32,000 nt of DNA from Candidatus Heimdallarchaeota archaeon B3_Heim (GTDB taxonomy: Archaea > Asgardarchaeota > Heimdallarchaeia > Hodarchaeales > Hodarchaeaceae), in contig NJBF01000014.1 in the NCBI GenBank assembly GCA_003144275.1, positions 30,001 to 62,000 of the forward strand, in the 5' to 3' direction. Within the stretch, counting starts at the first letter, position 1; each line of letters opens with the position of its first letter. This document shows positions 8,473 through 17,000 of this stretch, one piece after another. The position numbers and the translations under genes were made by a program. The notes under the pieces were generated by a model. That model was not told the origin of the DNA and searched no databases. It worked only from the letters and a program-made list of their open reading frames with translations.

Positions 8473-9672
8473 TTATTCCTCTTCTCCCTTTTCCTCTATT
8501 TTTACATCTGCGACTTCTTTTATCAGATTACCAGTACTTTCAACAGGTTCTCCATGAGAAATGGACACCTTTTCCTCCATATGAACAGCCAGATTTTCAT
8601 GGATTTGATCCTCCTCTAATAAATTAGGTTCATCCTGACCACCATTTACGATTTCAATAACAGGTTCTTGTTGGGATGATGTAGATTCGGCTACGGGTAT
8701 ATCAGATGCAATTTCATCATCATCTTCTATATCCTCTGTTTGTTCAGCTTCAAAATCACCCATCAATCGTTTCAACCTCCACAACATTTGTAATTTTAAT
8801 CTACGACTCTCATTATCGAATCCAAATGATTTCGCAAATTTCGGGGTTGATGTAAATATTAAGGATCGTGCTCGTTGTTCACTAATAATGAAATTATTTT
8901 CTTCTAATTTCCCACAAATTTCAGTTACTCTCATGGGGCCAATACCTGTAACCATTTTCTTTACCAATGCTAAGGATATTGGTTGACGGTAAGCAATCTC
9001 TGTTAAAACTCTCCTCTCATCTGAAAGAAGAAATAGATCAGGTGTTAGCGATTGAAAAAATTCATGGAAAATGGGGTTAAGCTGCATTACCCATCGATCT
9101 TTGGATATTTCTTCAATAACAATCGCAGAAGTCCTTTTTCTTTTTCGACTAAGCTTTCTTATGGCTCGTTTTATTGTAGGAGAATCCTCCTCAAAATTTT
9201 CAATGAGCTCATTTGAATGGATTGGCCTTCCAATGGAAAATAACGCCCCTTCAATTCGCTCTGCAAGAGAGGCAGGGGGAATTTCCCTCCGTGAAATAAC
9301 ATATTCTTCTTCCATTGGTTGTAAAAGTTCAGCCGAAGTTTTACTCAAGATTTGTGGAGAAACGAAATCAGCAAATGATGAGTCTTGTTCGATTACATTT
9401 TTGATAAACGGGAGGATTATTTGTTCATCTGTTATTGTATCCTCTTCAAGTAATGATTCTGGGAGGATACGGGTTAAATGGGCAAACTTATCTTCAAATG
9501 GTGTTTCTTTTATTTCAAAGACTTCAACTTCTTGTACTTCTTCCTCGACTACTTCATCAACGGTTGTTTCAGAATGTATCTGCTTTTCTTCTATTACTTC
9601 TTCTGCAGGTATTTCCTTTATTGCAGATACATCTGTATCTTCTTTATTTTTTCTCCGAAATAAGCGAAACAT
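8473..9672 (-). CDS. scpB: ScpB-like (kite) protein with long acidic N- and C-terminal extensions (ScpB2)
   Basis: Central ~170 aa match the ScpB tandem wHTH: IEGALFSIGRPI..., VLTEIAYRQPIS, TSTPKFAKSFGF; lies near smc/scpA. Confidence 0.8.
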   Translation of the reverse strand: MFRLFRRKNKEDTDVSAIKEIPAEEVIEEKQIHSETTVDEVVEEEVQEVEVFEIKETPFEDKFAHLTRILPESLLEEDTITDEQIILPFIKNVIEQDSSFADFVSPQILSKTSAELLQPMEEEYVISRREIPPASLAERIEGALFSIGRPIHSNELIENFEEDSPTIKRAIRKLSRKRKRTSAIVIEEISKDRWVMQLNPIFHEFFQSLTPDLFLLSDERRVLTEIAYRQPISLALVKKMVTGIGPMRVTEICGKLEENNFIISEQRARSLIFTSTPKFAKSFGFDNESRRLKLQMLWRLKRLMGDFEAEQTEDIEDDDEIASDIPVAESTSSQQEPVIEIVNGGQDEPNLLEEDQIHENLAVHMEEKVSISHGEPVESTGNLIKEVADVKIEEKGEEE

Positions 9673-9695
9673 CGTTTTTCCTCATTTTAGGGTAT

Positions 9696-10259
9696 TTAGT
9701 CAGTAATTTGTAGTTGACTCATGGCGTAATCTTTTAAACCTCGCTGAATAGCGATTTTAACCGTATCAGAGTCATGAGGGAATTTAAACAAGTTTAAGAA
9801 ATTTTCTGTTACAGTTATTTCTCGTTTATTACCTTTAGGAGTAACATTAACTAATGACATGGTTTGGAGTTCGTCAATATCTTGTGAGACATTCTTTCCA
9901 AAGATTCGTTGTAATTTGCTTGGACTTACAATTTCCTCAAGAACATACTCTTTAAAGGCAATAAGGCTTAGAATCTTTAGAAGATGTCTCGGAACATCAC
10001 TACGCTTTATAAATGGCCAATGGAGATGTGGTGCAAGCTCATCCCGTAATTGTAACTGAACTACCTTATTTTCTAGGTTGATAATATGATAGGCTGTATT
10101 TTTATCTATATGTTCATCTCTAAGTTCCTCAATATGGCGTTCAATTTCATTTTCATCTTTTTGGATGATTTCTGACAGTTCTTGGTAGGTAACTGGCCGA
10201 TCAAAAAGAAATAATGCTGCTTCAATAATGTCAGTCTCATTTAATGATTTTAAATCCAC
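9696..10259 (-). CDS. scpB: ScpB-like (kite) protein, divergent (ScpB1)
   Basis: IIEAALFLFDRPVTYQEL, LLKILSLIAFKE, ITVTENFLNLFKF follow the ScpB pattern; GTG start preceded by a GGTGA SD-like motif. Confidence 0.78.
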   Translation of the reverse strand: MDLKSLNETDIIEAALFLFDRPVTYQELSEIIQKDENEIERHIEELRDEHIDKNTAYHIINLENKVVQLQLRDELAPHLHWPFIKRSDVPRHLLKILSLIAFKEYVLEEIVSPSKLQRIFGKNVSQDIDELQTMSLVNVTPKGNKREITVTENFLNLFKFPHDSDTVKIAIQRGLKDYAMSQLQITD

Positions 10260-10769
10260 CAGTTCATCACCAAGATACCCTAAATTGTAGAAGGTTTTCT
10301 GGATTTATAATAATTTTTAATTAAGTACCTAATGAAAATCCATTAGTATGACAAAGCCAAGCAATTGATCATTCCTGAAAAACAGCTTTACACCAGAAAA
10401 TGCCAGAAGAAAATTGGTTATTTGTTGAATGACTTAAAAATTTAATAACTTGGCCCATATAATACACTTTCTAACTTTTGATTGAGTAATAGTATCTAAA
10501 TCTAATCCTTTTCTGCTTTTATCTTAGAAAGAGTATCTTTATAACACCTTTGCAGCTTTTATTTTAAGCGAATCCCTCAATTGAGGATTTCACTTTTTGA
10601 TACATTCAATGAATTGCTTACCCAGAATGATAAATGTGTGTTGAGAAATACTATTAGACTGGTGAGTAGATGTGTCTATTACAATCTGTGTAGGAAGAGT
10701 GTTTTGATTGTATTAAAAGAGGGAGAATTATCCCCAAATGAGAAATAAGAATATTAAAAAGGTGATTTT

Positions 10770-13169
10770 ATGAGTCTGGGACTCGAATCATTAGATTTAG
10801 ATAATCAGGAAAGTAAACTTTACATAATTTTGTTAGCAAACGGTCCACAAAGCTTAGGTGAACTAATTAAGAATACTGAGTTTTCCTCGGCCGAGATAAC
10901 TAAAGCGTTGGAAGGGTTGAAGAAAAAAGAATATGCCTTCGATATCCCTGGTATTAGCATGAGATATCACGCAATTTTACCCTTTAAAGATTTGAAATCG
11001 GCTGGAGAAAAAACAATTGCTGAAATAGAAGCTCTTGCTGCACAAATAGGAGAGAATGTTGCAAAAAAAATGGATATCATTCTCTCTACAATGCGTGATG
11101 AGTCTGAGCGGATGAAAACAGCCTTAACAAGTGCTCAATCATCAATCAGTCAATCTGATACACAATCCCAAACAGAAATTGAAGAACTAACAGCAAAAGC
11201 AGTTCTTGAAATTGAACAAACTAATGATGAAAGCATCAAAATTATGGGTGAAATGATTAAGAAAAAAGAGTCTGAACATCAGGAATTGTTATCGGGAATT
11301 GGATCAACATTTGAAGAGAAAGCAGGATTGTTTGAAAATAAATACCAAGAAACAAATGCTTTGCTAGAAAATAAATACAGCGAAGGACTAGATACCATAA
11401 AAACGGCAGAAGCTAATCGAAATGCAAATTTAAAGGGATCAGTTGAGGAACTATCTGCCGGAACAAGTGCTAAACTAAGTCAGGGCTTTGAAGAAGTTCA
11501 CACTTCAATGAAGAATACTGGAGAAACAGTGATTACATCAATAGATAAACAAGAGGAAAATGCCACTAATTTCATAACAAATTCTTCCACCGAGTTATCA
11601 AGTGTAGTAAGTAACACGAGTTCTGAAGGCAAGCAGGAAATAAAAGATTCACTGAAAACATATCACGAAAATTTAAGTCAAAACCTTGATTTAAAGAAGG
11701 AAGAAGCAGTTAATTTATTCCAAAGCTCACGTGATCAATTCACTAGTAAGACCCTAGATAACGCTCAAAACATTCAAGAGTCGATCAATGAGGTACTTAG
11801 TACAGCTCAAAATCAAATCTCAGAAATGATGCAGAAAATCAATGATTCTCTCAACGAGAAATTTACGGCCGCAAAATCGCAAGTTGATAATTCAATGGGA
11901 ACTTATTCTGACTCTTTGAAGCAACAGGTTGATAGTGATTTTGAGAAGGTGATTTCTGATACAACAGGGACATTAGCTGATCTTGTTCAAAACGCAAACA
12001 GTACCTATGAGAAAGCTGTTACTGAGATAGAATCTCATTATGCTCAGTTTGAAACAGATTCAAATACTAAGATAGATACGTTTAAAGAATCTTCACTTAA
12101 CGATTTGAAGCAATCGATTTCTTCCCTAAAAACCGAGGTTCAGAAGCAAATTTCAGACTTTATACAAACGATGAAACCCCAGGAATTATTCCTTAAAGAT
12201 GAGTTAAATCGCTTCACATCCGAATTTTCAGATAGTCAGAGTCTATCTCTTTTACAATTCACAGAAACTATTGATTCATTCAAAGCAGAAGTAACGAACA
12301 AAAATCAGGAGTTATCTTCTCTCATCCAAAGCGAGATGAGCGGATTAAAGCAAACTATCCAAGAAGGGATAACTGAGATGAACTCTTTCGTACACTCTTA
12401 TGATGAAAAGTATGGAACTACTCTAATGAATGCAGCTACAAAAGCATCTGAAGGACTAATCTCAAAAACTCGTGGTCTACAGGAGAAAACTGTTGCTACC
12501 ATTAATCACATGTCAAAATCTGCAGTCAATCAGTTAGGTGAAGTACACCAGGTAATATCAGATGGTATCCAAACAGAAATATCCACTTTGGAGAAAGAGC
12601 TATCCGATTATTCTGCTAAATTTCAAGAAGTTACTAAAAAGAACGATGATGCCATGAAGAATTATCTTTTCTCCCTAGAAAAGCTTGCATCACTTGTTAC
12701 TGACACCAAACATCCTCCAGTCCAAACAGCTCCAATTGTTTCAAAGGAAGCCAATTTGACTTATATTCAAGGGATGTTTAATCGATTGAAAGGCGGTATA
12801 ACTCTCTTGATTCCATTTGTAGAGGATATTCCAGTAGACCTCATTTTAGCTACGAAAAGTCATCAACGAGTAAATTTGGTAACAATGATAGATCCTAATA
12901 CGCATATTGACTTATTAAAGAAACTTTTACAGAAACCAAATGTAAGAGTTCGTCAAATCGACTCTCGTAAATTTGAGGGCGTAGAAGGGTATTTAGCTGC
13001 CGATCGTGATGCAGAAGAAGTACTTATTGGGGTTAAAGAAGATAATGGGGATACTATAGGAATTGCTAGCCAAGCAGATTCTTTTATCGTCTTGATGGGA
13101 AAAATTGTTTTGGGAGATTATTTTTTGGCAAGATCTACCGAAATTAGTCGTGCTGAAGTAGGGGTGTAA
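10770..13169 (+). CDS. TrmB-like protein: N-terminal wHTH, ~575-aa helical/coiled-coil region, C-terminal TrmB/PLD-like alpha/beta domain
   Basis: N-terminus LGLESLDLDNQESKLYIILLANGPQSLGEL...ALEGLKKKEY...RYHAILP is TrmB-wHTH-like. Residues ~72-647 contain one Pro and no Trp or Cys. C-terminal ITLLIP, VNLVTMID, NVRVRQID, AADRDAEEVLIG resembles TrmB C-terminal domains. AAGGTGA upstream. Confidence 0.75.
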   Translation: MSLGLESLDLDNQESKLYIILLANGPQSLGELIKNTEFSSAEITKALEGLKKKEYAFDIPGISMRYHAILPFKDLKSAGEKTIAEIEALAAQIGENVAKKMDIILSTMRDESERMKTALTSAQSSISQSDTQSQTEIEELTAKAVLEIEQTNDESIKIMGEMIKKKESEHQELLSGIGSTFEEKAGLFENKYQETNALLENKYSEGLDTIKTAEANRNANLKGSVEELSAGTSAKLSQGFEEVHTSMKNTGETVITSIDKQEENATNFITNSSTELSSVVSNTSSEGKQEIKDSLKTYHENLSQNLDLKKEEAVNLFQSSRDQFTSKTLDNAQNIQESINEVLSTAQNQISEMMQKINDSLNEKFTAAKSQVDNSMGTYSDSLKQQVDSDFEKVISDTTGTLADLVQNANSTYEKAVTEIESHYAQFETDSNTKIDTFKESSLNDLKQSISSLKTEVQKQISDFIQTMKPQELFLKDELNRFTSEFSDSQSLSLLQFTETIDSFKAEVTNKNQELSSLIQSEMSGLKQTIQEGITEMNSFVHSYDEKYGTTLMNAATKASEGLISKTRGLQEKTVATINHMSKSAVNQLGEVHQVISDGIQTEISTLEKELSDYSAKFQEVTKKNDDAMKNYLFSLEKLASLVTDTKHPPVQTAPIVSKEANLTYIQGMFNRLKGGITLLIPFVEDIPVDLILATKSHQRVNLVTMIDPNTHIDLLKKLLQKPNVRVRQIDSRKFEGVEGYLAADRDAEEVLIGVKEDNGDTIGIASQADSFIVLMGKIVLGDYFLARSTEISRAEVGV
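11328..11393 (+). repeat. in-frame 33-nt tandem repeat (11-aa unit) inside the TrmB-like gene
   Basis: ttgtttgaaaataaataccaagaaacaaatgct / ttgctagaaaataaatacagcgaaggactagat = LFENKYQETNA / LLENKYSEGLD. Confidence 0.65.
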
Positions 13170-13173
13170 GCTC

Positions 13174-14034
13174 CTACTGCTCTTTTTTTCTTTTTCCAAT
13201 AACCTTGATGTAAATTTCATAAGGTGGATTTAGTTCCTGTTCAGCGGTTATCGATTCATCGCGGAATAAATATAACAGAGATATTAGAACTCTTGCTCGA
13301 GTTAACCGTTTTTGCTCTTCTGAACCATCTTTTGTTTCCATTCCCCTAACTAACTTAGTAAATTCAGCCTCATCATTTTTATCTTGTTTAGCAAGGGTTT
13401 GAATCACTTCAAATGTTCGATTGACAATATCTTCAATCGCTACCCGATCTAAATCTAATTCATAATCAAAGCTCTCAAAGTCAGAAATTACTAATTTTCG
13501 TCTTTTACGTATTTCTTCCCCAGATTCCCTTTGTTTCCTCTTTTCTTCCTTAATCCTTTCAATTTTAAGCTTTTCATCTTCCTCTTGTAGACCTAATAAT
13601 AATTCTGCGTAGAACTCATCTGGATTAGCACTTTCTGCAAGTGATAATAATTCTCTCGTAATATAATATGGTAAGGGAATTTTAAACTTAAAAGCTCGTC
13701 TTTTTGTTCTTATAGAAATTTTTTCTTCTTGTTTTTTTTCGTATTTGATAGCTAGACTTACTTTCTTCTTATGAATTCGTGCAGCAGAATAGATGGCTTG
13801 CCCCAGAATACGAAAATCTAATCCTTGGTCCAATAATTTACGATAAAACTCAGGAAGAATTTCCTTTAGTTTGAATTCCTTAATGTAAGCAACTCTTTCA
13901 GGAAATAGATCTGGATTAATTAAATAAACAAAGGGTTCTTCCAAGAAAAATTGTTCACTATGGCTGAAAAGCCTGATGTACTCGTCTTCGGTATCAGGTG
14001 CTTCCTCATCTTGAGTGTTTTCAGGTTCAGCCAT
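13174..14034 (-). CDS. scpA: ScpA-like kleisin
   Basis: Directly downstream of smc (41 nt). N-terminal LDFRILGQAIYSAARIHKKKV resembles the kleisin N-terminal helix (AA.LL..KS). C-terminal EFTKLV...RVLISLLYLFRDESITAEQELNPPYEIYI resembles the ScpA cap wHTH (FLALL.L....I...Q...F..I.I). Confidence 0.82.
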   Translation of the reverse strand: MAEPENTQDEEAPDTEDEYIRLFSHSEQFFLEEPFVYLINPDLFPERVAYIKEFKLKEILPEFYRKLLDQGLDFRILGQAIYSAARIHKKKVSLAIKYEKKQEEKISIRTKRRAFKFKIPLPYYITRELLSLAESANPDEFYAELLLGLQEEDEKLKIERIKEEKRKQRESGEEIRKRRKLVISDFESFDYELDLDRVAIEDIVNRTFEVIQTLAKQDKNDEAEFTKLVRGMETKDGSEEQKRLTRARVLISLLYLFRDESITAEQELNPPYEIYIKVIGKRKKEQ

Positions 14035-14075
14035 GCTAAAAATCCGCTTGTACTTGTTAATTTGATAATCTATGA

Positions 14076-17000
14076 TTAAAATGTCTGATCTCTTTCTAAT
14101 TGTTGATCTTCACTCATTTGTATCGAGAATACAGAACTTAACCCTTTTACATTAGTGCAACCGTATAATCTATCCGCCCAGGCCATCAAAATATCACGAT
14201 GACTTATGACAAGAAATTGTGCTGCAGGAGTTGTTGATTTCCTTGACTTCTTGCCATCCTCCTCTGCTCCATCTCTTCCTACACTACGGGACATCTTATA
14301 CAGTAATTTTGCCACTCTCCTAACATTCATTGGATCCAAGGCGGCATCTATTTCATCTAGGATATAGAATGGTTGTGCATCAACGGTTTGCACTGCAAAA
14401 ATAAATGCTAATGCTGTTAGTGCTTTCTCACCGCCAGACATGCTTTCTAAAGAAGCAATTTTTTTGCCTGCAGGGTGTGCTTCAATGAAAAGGCCTCCTT
14501 CGAATATATCTTCCCCCTTCTTGGGATCTTTTTCAAGGATAAGCCGTGCATCTCCTCCAGAGAGCTCATTGAATATCTGGCCAAAATGTCTATTTACAGA
14601 TTTGTAAACTTTCATGAATACTGAATATTTTTCTGTTTCAATCTCTTCTATGAAGTCTAGGATTACTTGCCGTTCCTCAATTAATATATCTCTACGATCC
14701 AGTAATTCCATATATCTCGAATTTTCAGATTGAAATTCCTTCAAAGCGCGCATATTGACTGGTTCTAATCGTTTCTTCTCATCTGACTTACGATTTATCT
14801 CTGATTTGATCTTAGATTCATTTATTTTTTCTAATTCCTCTGCATCTGCAGGAATGATCTCAATCTGTGCCTCTAATGCTTCACTTTGTAATTTTTCCGT
14901 TTCTACAGCGATTCTTTCCCGTTGTAATTTTATATCGGTAACCTTTTCTTCATCTTTCGCAATCTTTTCGTTTAATCGCTCTTTATCTTTAATCAGTTGC
15001 CCTTGATACTTCTTTTGAGTTGACAGATCAGATCTATAATCCTTTATTTCCGTTAGAAGAGTTTCTTCATTTTCTAAGATCTTTTCTAAATCTGAATTGA
15101 ATTGTTCTACCTGTTCAACTAGTACTTGAATTTCTCCTTCCAAACTTGCTGTTTCAACCTTAATTGTATTATTTTCATTTTTCGTTTCTGATAATCGAGC
15201 TGTTCTTTCCTCTTTTTGGGCCTCAATGCTATTAATTCGTGAATCTATACCACTTAATTGGCCCTGTGATTTTCCCAACCTCTGTTCAATTTGATTCATT
15301 TTTTCTAACAAAGGCCGTGTATCTGCCGCCTCAAGACGTTCTTCAATATTTTTTGCCTCCTCCCCGATGACTTCAAGATTCTGCTCGTGGTGTTCCATCT
15401 CTTGTTTTTGTTTATCGCGAGCAATGTGGCGTTCTTCGAGCTTTTGTTTTAATGGGTCAAGTTCACCTTCAATACTTTGTTGATTTTCACTATATAGTTT
15501 AATTTCACTCTCTTGTTGACTTAATTGAAGTGTGGCTCCCTGTATGCTTTTTTCCAATTTCTCTATAGAAGAAATAATTACTTTCTCTATTCCTAGGAGT
15601 TTTTTCTGATTCTCCTTTGCTTGGGATAAATTAGACTTATATTCACCAAGTTTGGTTGTAATTTGTTCCATTTCAATTTGTAAAGAATCTACAGAGGCTT
15701 GAGCAGATAATAGATGAAATCCTCCAAATATTATTCCATTTGAGTAAAAAATATCACCATCAGCAGTAGAAAGGGTTGAACCTTGTTTTTTCCAGAGATT
15801 GGCAGCTTCTGCTAAAGTAGAAACGACTTGATTTTGCTCTCGGATTTTCTTGACAATATTTGAGAAATCATCAGTAGATTTCAGTTTAAATTTCTCAAGA
15901 GGGATAAAATTTGCAGCACCTATTGAATGTTCTTTCAAGAGATTGATACACTGTAAGCTAGCGTCAATGGTATCGGTTATAATAGCATCAGAAAGATGTC
16001 CAACCTCAGGGGGAAGATTACCACCATCTTCAGATAAATTTTGAAATTCACCAAGAATTCCCTTTATGGTTCCCTCGTTTTTCTTTCCACTTATGTAGGA
16101 TACCGCTGGGTTTTCTTTTCCTGCTTCCGATTTAACAAATGATGAAATTGTTTCAATTTTCGCTTTTAGAACTAATTGTTTGTCACTTAGTTCTCTTACA
16201 TGACTATCAGTTTCTTCAATCTGTCTTTCTAAATCCATTTTTTTCGTTTTTATTTCTTCTAGTTTTGCAGAAGCCTCAGTTTGTTGATTGCTTTCTTCTT
16301 CTATTTGGGTTTTCAGTTCTTTAGCCTTTGTTCCAGCCGAACTGATTAGTGCTTCCGCTTCTGATTGCCGTCGTTGATATTCATCAACATTATTCTGAAA
16401 AGCATTCACCATATTTTGAGATACTTCAAATGAAACCTGAGTTTTGGTTAAACGATCACCTTCAATTTTTTGGCGTCTTTCCGCATCCTCAAATTCTGCT
16501 TTTATCTCATCATACTCTTGATTTTTTAATTCTAGTTCTTCTTCAAGTGAAGTACGATCATTTTGGATTTGTGATATCCGTTCAACTAATTCTTCTTTTT
16601 TACCAGTCAATTCTCCCTTGGTTTGACTATCATCCAGAATTTTCTTTTGAATTTCTTCAGAGCGTGATTCTAATTGTTTTACTCGATTTTCATTAGATTT
16701 TATTGTTTTTTTGTTATATTCCGTTTTTTCTTGAACTTTTGTTTTCTCAATATTTTTTTCCTCTGCAGACGATCGAATTTCTTTCAGAGAAGTCTCCACA
16801 CGAATTAAAGAGTCTTCTAACGTTCTGATTTTCTCAGTAACTTCTTCAACATTAGTATCGATTTGCGACCGCTCTGATACAATATTTTCTTGACTGCTAC
16901 GAATAGTAGCGATATCTTCATCGAATTCTGTTAATGCACGATTGTTATTATGATAGGAATAGGATATTAAAAGAGCTTTCAGATTTAAAATATCAGTGTC

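Noticed and set aside
9071-9713. Plus-strand ORFs 9071-9706, 9435-9713 and 9478-9663
   Set aside because: S/F/L-rich antisense shadows of the acidic ScpB2 N-terminus.
10260-10769. 510-nt gap between scpB1 and the TrmB-like gene as a hidden gene or ncRNA
   Set aside because: Only very short frames and no GC-rich stems were found; best explained as a divergent promoter region.
11328-11393. 33-nt repeat as a CRISPR or mobile-element repeat
   Set aside because: Only two degenerate, in-frame, unspaced copies inside a CDS; no cas genes.
12714-13169. C-terminal PLD-like domain as an active nuclease or phospholipase
   Set aside because: No HxK(x4)D motif is visible; more consistent with the non-catalytic TrmB-type domain.
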